A stretch of 64,000 bases of DNA from Lachnospiraceae bacterium (GTDB lineage: Bacteria > Bacillota > Clostridia > Lachnospirales > Lachnospiraceae), in assembly GCA_045597645.1 (NCBI GenBank), contig JAZLKM010000027.1, positions 5,184 through 69,183 on the forward strand. The letters run 5' to 3'. Positions 8,972 to 18,313 of this stretch are shown in pieces. How positions within the stretch are numbered: the first letter of the stretch is position 1; every line of letters begins with the position of its first letter. The notes below the pieces were generated by a model. It saw only the letters and a list, made by a program, of their open reading frames with translations, did no database searches and had not been told where the DNA came from. Position numbers and translations under genes: made by a program.

Positions 8972-10330
8972 TTACTTTATCGGTGATAGGCAGTAAATAT
9001 TATGCTTTAGTTCCTTAATGTCTACTTGCACTGGCTCTCCTATCAAATCACATGCACGGCTGATAAGGTTCGACATTTTCTTTTTTGATATATAATCAGT
9101 ATTCTTTCCGATGTTTTTCTTCTTAAGTGCTCTAATCCTGCCATGGATGATGGTCCACTGCTCATGAAGTGTACGAGGACACTTTATCTGGACTGCACCT
9201 TCCTTGTACTCATTCTCATCAAAGGCATCAGCTATGATGCTGGCAAAAAGCTCATCGCTGTGGAGAAGATTGTATTTATATCTATCCTCCTTCTCCTTAG
9301 TTGCAAAGCCTTCCCAGCCCTTTTCTCCATTCAGATAAGCAAGTGCCATATCTGCAAGCTCCTGTGGCGACTTCGCTACGTCGCTAAGGCTCCTTATAAA
9401 ATCCGAAAACATCAGCTTATATGGCTCGAACTCATCTGGCTCATACTGTATGCTGATTCTTCCACCGCAGTATGCTTCGTAGGCTGTAGAGCATCCGCTG
9501 TGAATTAATAGGGCTGCCCCCGCAATCCAGCCGTTGGACTCTCCTTCTCTTATTACGTGTACATTCTCATATGGCGCAAGGTCTTCAATAAACCTGTTTA
9601 TAAACATCGTATCACCCGGATGAGGTCGTACGATTATCTGCCTGTCAACAGATTTTGCGAGGTACTGTATTGCCTCTATAAACGTCTCATAATATCTGAG
9701 CTTAAATTCTCTTCTATCCTTGTAGAAGTCCACAGTGTAGCTGGTGACTCCATCGCCATTTACTCTGGTATAGTCCTCACCTCGCCTTGATTTTCCGAAG
9801 CTTGAGCTTACCAGTATATAGTCGCCATACTTTTCCTTGTATCGCTTGGCATCCTCATTGTAAAAAGCCATTCCGTTTCTCAGAAGGTCCATTCTCGGAT
9901 TACCTGCCACTATGCATTTAGGTAGTAACTCAGGCATTACCTCCTCTATGACATCCCGGTGCATATCTCCCCACAGAAACATCTTCTCAAAGTTAGCTGT
10001 GGTGTCCTTGCCGAGTCTTGTCTCTAGGTAAAGCTGGGCTGTTGTAAGTATCAGTCCTTCCTCATCCAGGGCATACACCTTGCAGCCACTGTCTGCGATT
10101 CGCTTATGCTGTGGATACTTAGCGTTGGTAAAGTCCTTATCCAGAAACACTCCTGTGCTGAGGTTTCCTGAAAGCCTGCTTCTGACACAGGTATCCTCGC
10201 CCAGCACCACTGTGTAGCCGCGTCTTACCAGTTCAGTGCCCAACAGTACCTTGGCACTCAGCTCCCTGGCCATGCTTTCCACTGGTATATAGGCTACTTT
10301 ATCAAGCTTGCTATCTGTGTTTTGGGGCAT
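8972..10330 (-). CDS. Orphan surface-carbohydrate biosynthesis protein; candidate nonulosonate (sialyl) transferase
   Basis: 452 aa, soluble-looking, immediately upstream of neuB in the operon. It contains DEEG (res 88-91) and RPHPGD (res 235-240). These resemble the D/E-D/E-G and HP motifs of GT-B bacterial sialyltransferases. The motifs are short, so the functional call is tentative. Confidence 0.4.
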   Translation of the reverse strand: MPQNTDSKLDKVAYIPVESMARELSAKVLLGTELVRRGYTVVLGEDTCVRSRLSGNLSTGVFLDKDFTNAKYPQHKRIADSGCKVYALDEEGLILTTAQLYLETRLGKDTTANFEKMFLWGDMHRDVIEEVMPELLPKCIVAGNPRMDLLRNGMAFYNEDAKRYKEKYGDYILVSSSFGKSRRGEDYTRVNGDGVTSYTVDFYKDRREFKLRYYETFIEAIQYLAKSVDRQIIVRPHPGDTMFINRFIEDLAPYENVHVIREGESNGWIAGAALLIHSGCSTAYEAYCGGRISIQYEPDEFEPYKLMFSDFIRSLSDVAKSPQELADMALAYLNGEKGWEGFATKEKEDRYKYNLLHSDELFASIIADAFDENEYKEGAVQIKCPRTLHEQWTIIHGRIRALKKKNIGKNTDYISKKKMSNLISRACDLIGEPVQVDIKELKHNIYCLSPIK

Positions 10331-12082
10331 CTATCTCTCCCTCTCAATCTTGCCATTTTCCACTCTGTACACCATGTCGCAGCCCTCTATTGTGGTAAGT
10401 CTGTGAGCTATGATCACGAGTGTCTTCTTGCCATGAAGTGCGTTGATTCCCTCCATGATGGCTGCCTCTGTCTCGTTGTCAAGTGAGGCTGTAGCCTCAT
10501 CAAAGATAAGTATTTCAGGATTTGTGTAGAGTGCTCTTGCTATACCGATTCTCTGTCTCTGTCCTCCTGAAAGTCTGATACCTCTCTCTCCTATCTTGGT
10601 ATAGATACCGTCTGGCGAAGCATCTACAAAATCTAGTAGCTGAGCCTCTGCCAACGCATGTCTTATCTTCTCCTCATCGAAGTCACCCTTATCCACACCG
10701 TATGCCACGTTGGCTGCTATTGTGTCATCAATAAGATATATTGACTGTGGTATGTAGCTAAGCTTCTCGAGCCACTGTCCGTAGTGGGCTCTTATGTCAG
10801 TTCCATCGCAGAGTACTGCACCCTTCTGTGAGTGTAGCAAGCCCAAAAGTATATCTATGGCTGTGGTCTTGCCCGCTCCTGATGGTCCTACTACTCCTAT
10901 GGATGAGCCAAATGGTATTTTCATATTGGCGCCATCTAATACATATTTCTCCACATTTGGATAGTGGAAAGATATGCCGGACAGCTCGCAGCAATCATCA
11001 AAAGTCAGATCCGGCACTCCGTCATAGTCTGCCGGCATCTCATATGTAACCCCAGTGTACTCGCTCTCATCTATAAGCAGCAGATTCCTAAGGACTGCAT
11101 CAATATTGAACTCATAGTAAGGAATGCTGTTAATTACGTTGGTCATTCTGTTAATGCATGGCAAAATACGCACTGCTGCCACCATAAATGCCGATAGCGC
11201 AGGTATCATTGCAACCATACTAAGTCCATTATTTGAAAGTACTAAGAGCATGAGAAGTACTGCGCTTATTGTCACTGCCTCTATGATAAGATGAGGTGCA
11301 TACTTAAGCACAGTGAACCCTCTCTCGTATTTTGCTTTAAGCGCAGAATGTTTTACATAATGCTCTACAAAAAAATCCTCTTTTCGGTTGACCTTTGTGT
11401 CTTTAATCCCGCCTACTGCCTGTAGCAGCCACTTGTTTATCTTTTCATTCTCTACTCGTGACTCGTGACCTAAATACTGTATTTTTTTACGCACGGCTTT
11501 CACGATTATAAGCATCTCTATCAGCAGAACGACAGAAACTATACCTGCCATGAGCGGGTTAATCCAAAATACGACAATGGCAAGTGCGATACATACTATT
11601 CCATCCGATGCAAAATCCATGAAATTGCTAAGCAACGTATATGAGCGATTTACATCTGTTCCAATAAGCTGTATTACTTCGCCTGTTGAGGTGTTTAGAT
11701 AATACTCGTACGGACGATGTATAAATATTTCCATCAACTGCTGCTGAAGCTCTATCTGATTTGTTGTCAAAAATTTCTGCAGTATATGATACTCCAGCAT
11801 CTGATATGCATCCTTGACTATGAAAATCGTGATCAAGGCCACAAGCATAACATTTATAAACTGCTGGCTACTGTTTATGTGGAGTATATTGCAGGCGATT
11901 ATGGCATATTCATTAGTGCAGTAGAACTGGTCATTAGTGACTGCCGTCACAAGTGGCACTATCATTCCTACGCCGGCTATGTCCATGAGCGCAGCAATCA
12001 GCATTAAAAACATAACGCCTACTGCCTGCTTCTTCTGCTTTTCAGTTAGAAAACGTAATAGCTTTTTTACTACTCTTTTCAT
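10331..12082 (-). CDS. ABC half-transporter (fused TMD-NBD, MsbA/PglK/Wzk-type exporter)
   Basis: 583 aa. N-terminal 6-TM type-I exporter domain. The NBD carries Walker A GPSGAGKTT, signature LSGGQRQRIGIARAL, Walker B ILIFDEATASLD and H-loop IIAHR. Confidence 0.9.
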   Translation of the reverse strand: MKRVVKKLLRFLTEKQKKQAVGVMFLMLIAALMDIAGVGMIVPLVTAVTNDQFYCTNEYAIIACNILHINSSQQFINVMLVALITIFIVKDAYQMLEYHILQKFLTTNQIELQQQLMEIFIHRPYEYYLNTSTGEVIQLIGTDVNRSYTLLSNFMDFASDGIVCIALAIVVFWINPLMAGIVSVVLLIEMLIIVKAVRKKIQYLGHESRVENEKINKWLLQAVGGIKDTKVNRKEDFFVEHYVKHSALKAKYERGFTVLKYAPHLIIEAVTISAVLLMLLVLSNNGLSMVAMIPALSAFMVAAVRILPCINRMTNVINSIPYYEFNIDAVLRNLLLIDESEYTGVTYEMPADYDGVPDLTFDDCCELSGISFHYPNVEKYVLDGANMKIPFGSSIGVVGPSGAGKTTAIDILLGLLHSQKGAVLCDGTDIRAHYGQWLEKLSYIPQSIYLIDDTIAANVAYGVDKGDFDEEKIRHALAEAQLLDFVDASPDGIYTKIGERGIRLSGGQRQRIGIARALYTNPEILIFDEATASLDNETEAAIMEGINALHGKKTLVIIAHRLTTIEGCDMVYRVENGKIERER

Positions 12083-12090
12083 TCTATTAA

Positions 12091-13044
12091 TTATCCCCAG
12101 TTGGTATGATCGTTTTTACCAAGCAAAGCTTTTATATAGTAGTCTACTCTGCTTATTACTCCCTTGATGCCTTTTTCCTTTAGGTTGCGCCAAAATCCTC
12201 TCCAGTGCGTCTGAGCTTTGGTCTCTCTCTTAAGTGGCTTGTCGTTGTAAGGCGATGCTTTGTACGCCTCGTACCACTCATCTCCGCAAATGATATAGTC
12301 GTATTTCCATGGCTTGCCGCCTGTATCATAGTGGATTATCGTGGCATCCGCTGTGAGTGCTTCCTTGCTGTCATATTCTGTGCCATACAGGCCGTTTAGC
12401 ATTTCCACAGTGTAATTATTCTTCTGTATCCCCAGAAACTTATTAGGCGTACAGTTATACTTAAATGAGATATTCCCTATGCGGTCTCCCAGCACCATAT
12501 TAAATGTCTGCTGGTCCATTGAACCTCTGTCGCCCAGAGATTTCCTAACCTCCATCAATTGTGGTGCCAGCTTCTCATCTCTCATAGCCTTGGCATTGAA
12601 TAGCAGTATTCCTGCATTTATCAGCTTCCTGTCTTCAAAAAGCATATCAAGGCTAGGTACTCCTGCCAGGACATTGTCGCCAAGCTCAGTCTCGTACAGC
12701 TCAGTCAAGTCCCCTCTTACACAGATATCTCCATCCAGGTACACCAGCTTGTCATACTGCGGTATGAGATCACAGATATTAAACTTAAGACAGCATGCAA
12801 TCGGTATATGCGCCAGCTGCTTTATATCTCTGTACATGTCAAGAGACGTCTCAATTATATGTAGATTACTGTCATTGCCTTCCACTGACTTTTCCAGCTC
12901 TCTTCTGGCATTATCAGAGCATTCTGCCATTACCACGAAAATGTCATATTCTGTGGTGGTCGCCTTATTCCTCAGTAGCGTCCATATGGCCACACCTGTC
13001 TGCATGACAAAATTTTCATCTGTTATAAATACTACAGGTATCAT
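12091..13044 (-). CDS. Glycosyltransferase family 8
   Basis: IPVVFITDENF..., then YLDGDICVRGD (DxD) and other GT8/LgtC-like patterns. I prefer the ATG at 13042-13044, which forms an ATGA overlap with the upstream stop. The track start at 13059 is the alternative. Confidence 0.8.
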   Translation of the reverse strand: MIPVVFITDENFVMQTGVAIWTLLRNKATTTEYDIFVVMAECSDNARRELEKSVEGNDSNLHIIETSLDMYRDIKQLAHIPIACCLKFNICDLIPQYDKLVYLDGDICVRGDLTELYETELGDNVLAGVPSLDMLFEDRKLINAGILLFNAKAMRDEKLAPQLMEVRKSLGDRGSMDQQTFNMVLGDRIGNISFKYNCTPNKFLGIQKNNYTVEMLNGLYGTEYDSKEALTADATIIHYDTGGKPWKYDYIICGDEWYEAYKASPYNDKPLKRETKAQTHWRGFWRNLKEKGIKGVISRVDYYIKALLGKNDHTNWG

Positions 13045-14057
13045 CCCTTGAATTTCCATTCTCTCTTCTGCTTATGCTTATTTCGAGCAGTCCAAATCTT
13101 GTACCAGATGCCTGGGTGTTTATATCCCAATGTTACAAGCTGCCTCTTGCGTTTACCCACACTGCCAGCTTCAATATCTAACACCCAGCCTTTATATTGC
13201 TCAAACAACTCTGCGTAACCTTGATGCGACTTGCTCACTTCATCCGGGAGCTCAGCTCTAATTCTGGTCATTATATTGCAGGCTGCATATTTTGCCAGAA
13301 GGACATTCTTCTCGTCCTTGTCAGCGTAAAATTCTATCTGCTCCATGCGCGCTGTCAGTGAGTCGAACAGTACTCTTGCCCTCTGAGCGTCATCATGAGT
13401 GATACTATCACCGCGTTTAGACTGATAGAAATATGTCTCTGCATATACCAGTCCCACTTTTTCTGCTGCCCAGTACAGCTTGTAAGTGGTGGCCATATCT
13501 TCGCAGAGTCTTCCAGTTGGAAAACCAATTCCATCAAATACACTGCGCTTATACAGCTTTGTCTGTACCACGGTTGCTCCACTGCCATACCTATTTTCCA
13601 GCTGGCATCTGGCGAATTCCCGTCCGCTCATCACTACCACTTCCTGGTCCTCAGGTACGTACTCCAGTATGGTGGTATCATCCATGAAGGAATATACCAG
13701 GCACTCCGCTATATCCAGCTGATTTTCGCTCATGGCATTGTAAAGTATCTCTATATGCCTTTGATGCACCAGGTCGTCACTGTCCACATATGTAATGAGC
13801 CCCCCCGTAGTCTTGTTAAGCCCTACGTTTCTGGCATTTGCCAGATCGCACATCTCCTCATATACAATTCTAATGCGCTCATCTCTTGAAGCCCATTCCT
13901 CAGCCAATGCCTGGCTATTATCCTTTGAAGGCTGCACTACCAGCAGTATCTCCAGGTTGTCATAGGTCTGGTTTACGATGCTGTTTAGGCATCTGTCCAG
14001 ATATTTTTCTACGTTATAGACCGGTACAACTACCGATATCAGCGGTCTATCTGTCAT
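13041..14057 (-). CDS. Glycosyltransferase family 2
   Basis: 338 aa with N-terminal ISVVVPVYNVEKYLDRCLNSIVNQTY and a DSDD motif. It overlaps the upstream GT2 by 4 nt. Confidence 0.88.
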   Translation of the reverse strand: MTDRPLISVVVPVYNVEKYLDRCLNSIVNQTYDNLEILLVVQPSKDNSQALAEEWASRDERIRIVYEEMCDLANARNVGLNKTTGGLITYVDSDDLVHQRHIEILYNAMSENQLDIAECLVYSFMDDTTILEYVPEDQEVVVMSGREFARCQLENRYGSGATVVQTKLYKRSVFDGIGFPTGRLCEDMATTYKLYWAAEKVGLVYAETYFYQSKRGDSITHDDAQRARVLFDSLTARMEQIEFYADKDEKNVLLAKYAACNIMTRIRAELPDEVSKSHQGYAELFEQYKGWVLDIEAGSVGKRKRQLVTLGYKHPGIWYKIWTARNKHKQKREWKFKG

Positions 14058-15025
14058 TTCATTCCTCTTATCTTTTCATACATCTGCTCACTTATCGTAA
14101 ATAGATGTAGCTTTATCTTGGATTTGATTCCAAGGGGCAGCCCCTTCAATTCATTTCCAAGGACTTCTCTGTACCTATGGCGCAGCTCATTAACATCTAC
14201 CAGTGGCTCATCTTCCTTTTTGCCTAGCAATATAAGATGTGCCAGATTACTCTCGTATCTGTCCCAGGCAATAGCACAAAGCTCTTTGTCGCCACGTGAC
14301 TTGTAGAACTCTGCCTGCTCCTTAAATGCCTCCAGATGGTCATTGATTTTAGACACATATCTCTGGTCAGCCATTATGCTACCCTCTCGCTGTCTGTAGT
14401 AACACAGCTGAGCCGGTAGATATGCCACTTTCTCCAAATCATAGAGCACCAGATGTGTGGTGGCTGCATCCTCAAACACCCTGCCCTCCGGATATCTGAC
14501 CCTGGCAAACTGCTCTGCTCTATACAGCTTGTTCCAAGCTATTACGCTAAGACCTGTCATAAGGTCTCCTTGGAGCAAAAGGACCTGCCTTCCTGTATAA
14601 TAACTAGGTTCATCTCCCAGCCCTTCTACCTCTTTCATATTTTCCAGGGTAGCATTTTCATCCACAAACGTCCTGCCGCAGAACACCAAGTCTGCACTGC
14701 TCTCATCCATAGTATTCATGAGTAGCTCCAGCGCCCTTGGATGCAGAGCATCATCTCCATCGAGGAAAAACAAATACTCACCCTTCGCATTCTCAATTCC
14801 AGTATTTCTGGCTGCTGAAAGGCCTCCATTTTCCCGATGAATCACTCGAATCCTGCTATCGTATGATGCATATGCATCACTTAATCTGCCGCTGTCATCA
14901 GTGCTGCCATCGTCCACCAGAATTATCTCGTAGTCGCTATAAGTCTGTCCTAATACAGAGTCCACGCAGCACTGGAGATATTTTTCTATGTTGTATATAG
15001 GTATGATTACACTAATCATTGGCAT
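14054..15025 (-). CDS. Glycosyltransferase family 2
   Basis: 323 aa with ISVIIPIYNIEKYLQCCVDSVLGQTYSDYEIILVDDGSTDDS and LDGDD. Confidence 0.9.
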   Translation of the reverse strand: MPMISVIIPIYNIEKYLQCCVDSVLGQTYSDYEIILVDDGSTDDSGRLSDAYASYDSRIRVIHRENGGLSAARNTGIENAKGEYLFFLDGDDALHPRALELLMNTMDESSADLVFCGRTFVDENATLENMKEVEGLGDEPSYYTGRQVLLLQGDLMTGLSVIAWNKLYRAEQFARVRYPEGRVFEDAATTHLVLYDLEKVAYLPAQLCYYRQREGSIMADQRYVSKINDHLEAFKEQAEFYKSRGDKELCAIAWDRYESNLAHLILLGKKEDEPLVDVNELRHRYREVLGNELKGLPLGIKSKIKLHLFTISEQMYEKIRGMK

Positions 15026-15038
15026 TCCCGGTATCTTG

Positions 15039-16004
15039 CTATTTTGACAGCTCTATGTATCTCTCACTCTTGGGAGGGTAGTCATTGCAATCAAGTCTGG
15101 GCAATAGCATCGCGTCCTCCTGCCCTATGATTGCTACCCTCGGCTCCACAGTCACTCCCAGCTTCGCTCCTATTGACCTGCAATACTCACAAGTGCCCTC
15201 GTTATAACCGCCGTAGGGATAGTTCATTACCCACGCGTTTCTATCTATGAACTCATCTATCGCATCAAGTCCCTTGTCCACATCCCTGCGCATATCCTCA
15301 TCGTTAAGGCTGGACAGCCAGTAATGGCTGTAGCCATGGCAGCCTATGAACATGCCGTCTGCCTTCATGAGTCGAAGCTGATCTCTGTTTAGGTACAATT
15401 CATTCGCAAATATTTTCTGCGGCACACCGACGTACTGATCAAACAGCTCATTGGTTATTATGTCTCGCAGCCTCTCCGGCACACCCTTTTGCAATATTCT
15501 CTTCACAAAGATTGTGTCAGGACCATCGAATTTGCCCGCTATGGCATACTGCTCATATAGCTCTGCCGCCGTAGGAATATCAAATTCAGCCCCCCTATAG
15601 TAGTCCAGCTTTTCCTTTACTGTGGCCACAAGCTTTGATATCTCTCCTGATGCCAGCACGAAGTGTATCTTGTTGACCCCCAGCAGCTCTCTCTCCTCTA
15701 ACACATTGCCTGGTACGAAAAATGAACCCTGCATACCGTGCTCTTTTAGCACTGGAAAAGCCGCTGAATAATGATCTATATATCCGTCATCGAAGGTAAG
15801 CAATAATGCTTTTTCAGGTAGCAGCTCTCGCTCTGGGTGCTCCTGAGCCTCAATCACCTGCTCCATTGTTACCACATTGAAGTTGGCGTCAAAGAACTCT
15901 ATCTGTTTTTTGAAGAGCTCATAGTCGAGCCCCTTTATTTCAGGGTATCTGCTGCCCTTCAAATCTCTTACAAAGTGATATACAGCTATCTGTAACTTCT
16001 GCAA
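15039..16004 (-). CDS. Polysaccharide deacetylase (NodB homology domain), predicted cytoplasmic
   Basis: 321 aa with LLTFDDGYIDHY (NodB motif 1) and a later CHGYSH. I see no signal peptide or TM segment. Confidence 0.8.
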   Translation of the reverse strand: MQKLQIAVYHFVRDLKGSRYPEIKGLDYELFKKQIEFFDANFNVVTMEQVIEAQEHPERELLPEKALLLTFDDGYIDHYSAAFPVLKEHGMQGSFFVPGNVLEERELLGVNKIHFVLASGEISKLVATVKEKLDYYRGAEFDIPTAAELYEQYAIAGKFDGPDTIFVKRILQKGVPERLRDIITNELFDQYVGVPQKIFANELYLNRDQLRLMKADGMFIGCHGYSHYWLSSLNDEDMRRDVDKGLDAIDEFIDRNAWVMNYPYGGYNEGTCEYCRSIGAKLGVTVEPRVAIIGQEDAMLLPRLDCNDYPPKSERYIELSK

Positions 16005-16031
16005 TTTATATACCTCTCTAGCTAGGTCCCA

Positions 16032-17138
16032 TTATGTATTCGGCCTATCCTGATCGCCATCTGCCTTAAATATTCTAGTGCCCTCAGTGCAGTAAAAGCT
16101 CCACATGTCTACATTGCGCTGCTCAAACGGATCAAAATACTGAGGTATGATATTTTCACTCTCATATCTATCAGCGAATCCCGCTTCAAGTATGTAGTCT
16201 CTTGTAAGCCCGTACTCGTAAAAGTCTACATATTCAAGGTTCTCTGCCACAAGTCTGTCAGTGAAAAACTTTCTGGTGCCAGCTAACAGCATCTCATCTC
16301 CTATGTAATCAACGATACGCAGCACCTTGGCTCCGTTAGCCTCCACGACTCTGGTCATGAGCAGCGCCCCCACTGCTCCGTCGTCGTATGGCAAGCCCCA
16401 CACCTCATAGGTGAATCTGGGATGTTCAAAATATCTATGGCTCAGATACTCGTTATCCTTGTACGGGATTACATCAAGGCTCTCAACATCGAACGCCACT
16501 TTAAGCTCATCCATAGTATTAAATCTTATTGGATTCACCTGTCGGCTTATTGGATTTACCCGTGGATCGGTTGCGCTCTCAGCGTCTTTGCTGCATTTCT
16601 GCGCCCCTGCATCAGTATCATTTATGCCTTCAGCATTTCGGCTTTTATTTATAACTGCTATTTTGAACTCAGCCTTCTGAGGATTTAGCATGTAGAAATG
16701 CTCCATCCTGACAACCTTGCGCTTAAAGACTCTCTCCTCTATGCGTCCGGTGGTATCAAGAGTCATTCCGTTGCCAAGCTCATCTCTGCATCCGCTTAAT
16801 GCTCCAACTCTTTTGGCTAGCTCCAGGCCCAGTAGTGGCAGATTACCTCTGTCGCTATTTGCCTTCCAGAGGCTCCCCCAGGTGTCGTAGACCTTCGCAT
16901 TAGGTCCTAGCGCTGTTGGCAGGTATCCAAAGACTGCCTCTATCTGATTTGTGTCCTTGTCTATCGCTATTACAAAATAGACCTTACCGTCACGCTGATA
17001 GCAGTACTCGAAGAACTCTCTGTCTCTTGAGAGAAGATGATTTTTCCTCCAGTATGTACCTATGAAGTACATTATCTGTGGGATATCTTCCGGTGTCGCC
17101 AGTCGGATATCATATTTTTCATCAAAATGATTTGCCAT
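16032..17138 (-). CDS. Orphan two-lobed protein, GNAT/Fem-like by eye; candidate carrier-protein-dependent acyl/aminoacyl transferase
   Basis: 368 aa. The N-terminal part looks like an acetyltransferase (IRLATPEDIPQI...). A low-complexity linker contains a 7-codon tandem duplication (VNPI). The stop overlaps... more precisely, its start codon overlaps the carrier-protein stop by 1 nt. Confidence 0.35.
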   Translation of the reverse strand: MANHFDEKYDIRLATPEDIPQIMYFIGTYWRKNHLLSRDREFFEYCYQRDGKVYFVIAIDKDTNQIEAVFGYLPTALGPNAKVYDTWGSLWKANSDRGNLPLLGLELAKRVGALSGCRDELGNGMTLDTTGRIEERVFKRKVVRMEHFYMLNPQKAEFKIAVINKSRNAEGINDTDAGAQKCSKDAESATDPRVNPISRQVNPIRFNTMDELKVAFDVESLDVIPYKDNEYLSHRYFEHPRFTYEVWGLPYDDGAVGALLMTRVVEANGAKVLRIVDYIGDEMLLAGTRKFFTDRLVAENLEYVDFYEYGLTRDYILEAGFADRYESENIIPQYFDPFEQRNVDMWSFYCTEGTRIFKADGDQDRPNT

Positions 17139-17368
17139 TATTCCTCTATAAGTGACTCCATAAGTGCGATTATTTTGTCCTTATTTCCAAAATTATCTGC
17201 TATTACCAGGGATGCATCGATCTCGATTCCGAATTCCTCCTCCAGGCTGTATACAATGTCAATCAGTCCGAAGCTGTCGATTATGCCGTCCTCAATCATG
17301 TTGTCGCCGTCATAGTCGATAATCTCATCGTTAGCATCCTCAAGTATTGCCAGTATTCTCTCTTCCAT
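17138..17368 (-). CDS. Acyl/peptidyl carrier protein, DltC-like (D-alanyl carrier protein type)
   Basis: 76 aa, acidic. The phosphopantetheine Ser sits in IIDSFGLIDIV, the DSFG context typical of DltC. A good SD (GAGGAGA) lies 5 nt upstream. Confidence 0.8.
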   Translation of the reverse strand: MEERILAILEDANDEIIDYDGDNMIEDGIIDSFGLIDIVYSLEEEFGIEIDASLVIADNFGNKDKIIALMESLIEE

Positions 17369-17444
17369 AGCGTCTCCTCATTTATGCGGTTATAGTCCTA
17401 GCACCGCCCAATTTCTATTTTGCTTATAGCTATCAACTTATCAG

Positions 17445-18305
17445 CTAGTCAGCACTTGGTCTTGCTACAAGTGTCAATTTATAGTCTGCTGTCTTTTTGT
17501 ATCCAAACTCATCATGGAGCCTTAGTGAGGATATATTTTTCTCCTCCACCCAGGCATTTAGTCGCCGCACATCAGGGCGGGCTGAAACTATCTCTATGAG
17601 CCTTCGTTCAACCTGCTTCGAGTATCCTCTGCACCTCATATCGACGGGTGTATATACATATTCCTCTGTAGCTATTCCACTTTTTATCCTGTATATCGCA
17701 GCAGCACACAGCTCATCCGAAAGGCTTGCTATGACAATATCTGTCTCATCCATATAGGCCTGCAGTCTGCTTCTTGGTGGAAGCTGAGCCCCTATCGGGT
17801 CAAAGCAGTCATATATCTGCTCATAGGCTTCTATTGTCTTGTCTTCGGAAAATGTCACCTCGCTCTTGGCGCTTAATGCATCGGCACCCTCATTTTTCGG
17901 CTGCGCACTCACCTGCTGTAATTCACTCGCATGCAGTTTTATTTCATAGCGGTTGTATTTTTTTGCTGCCTCAAATCCATTTTGCAAAAGAGCTGCTGTA
18001 ACTTCGCTGCAGCGCTCCTTGCCAGTCTTCTCGTATATCTCAGTGATGACAGGCAGCTGTGTCTCGTACTCTGGCATCACATACTCAGTGGGCTTATTTG
18101 TGATAAAGTACAATCTGCACAGGTCATCCTGCTTCACCAACACGCTCACCGAATTATCACCCGCGGTCCACAGGACCTGCGTCATTTTGAGGCTGTCCTC
18201 TATCTCAGTGCCTATCATTGGATAATTGGTTACCACCCGACCGTCTGACTTTAGCCTTTTATATTCTTCTGCTATTAGATTTGCATCTGTGAGTACCTGC
18301 CACAT
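17445..18305 (-). CDS. GNAT-family acyltransferase with N-terminal extension
   Basis: 286 aa. The C-terminal region has GNAT motif-A-like RCRGYSKQVERRLIE and a downstream NISSLRLHDEFGY. Confidence 0.55.
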   Translation of the reverse strand: MWQVLTDANLIAEEYKRLKSDGRVVTNYPMIGTEIEDSLKMTQVLWTAGDNSVSVLVKQDDLCRLYFITNKPTEYVMPEYETQLPVITEIYEKTGKERCSEVTAALLQNGFEAAKKYNRYEIKLHASELQQVSAQPKNEGADALSAKSEVTFSEDKTIEAYEQIYDCFDPIGAQLPPRSRLQAYMDETDIVIASLSDELCAAAIYRIKSGIATEEYVYTPVDMRCRGYSKQVERRLIEIVSARPDVRRLNAWVEEKNISSLRLHDEFGYKKTADYKLTLVARPSAD

Positions 18306-18313
18306 ACTATTCC

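Noticed and set aside
10797-10994. Nested same-strand short ORFs inside long genes (10797-10994, 13355-13588, 19473-19733, 25495-25725, 33909-34109, 62581-62763, 63636-63914).
   Set aside because: They are out-of-frame overlaps within well-supported CDSs, with no independent motifs or ribosome-binding sites.
16525-16560. 21-nt tandem duplication (CTTATTGGATTYACC, two copies), considered as a possible repeat or regulatory element.
   Set aside because: It is in frame within the linker of the 368-aa CDS and encodes a duplicated VNPI peptide. I treated it as a coding micro-duplication and noted it under the relevant finding, not as a separate element.
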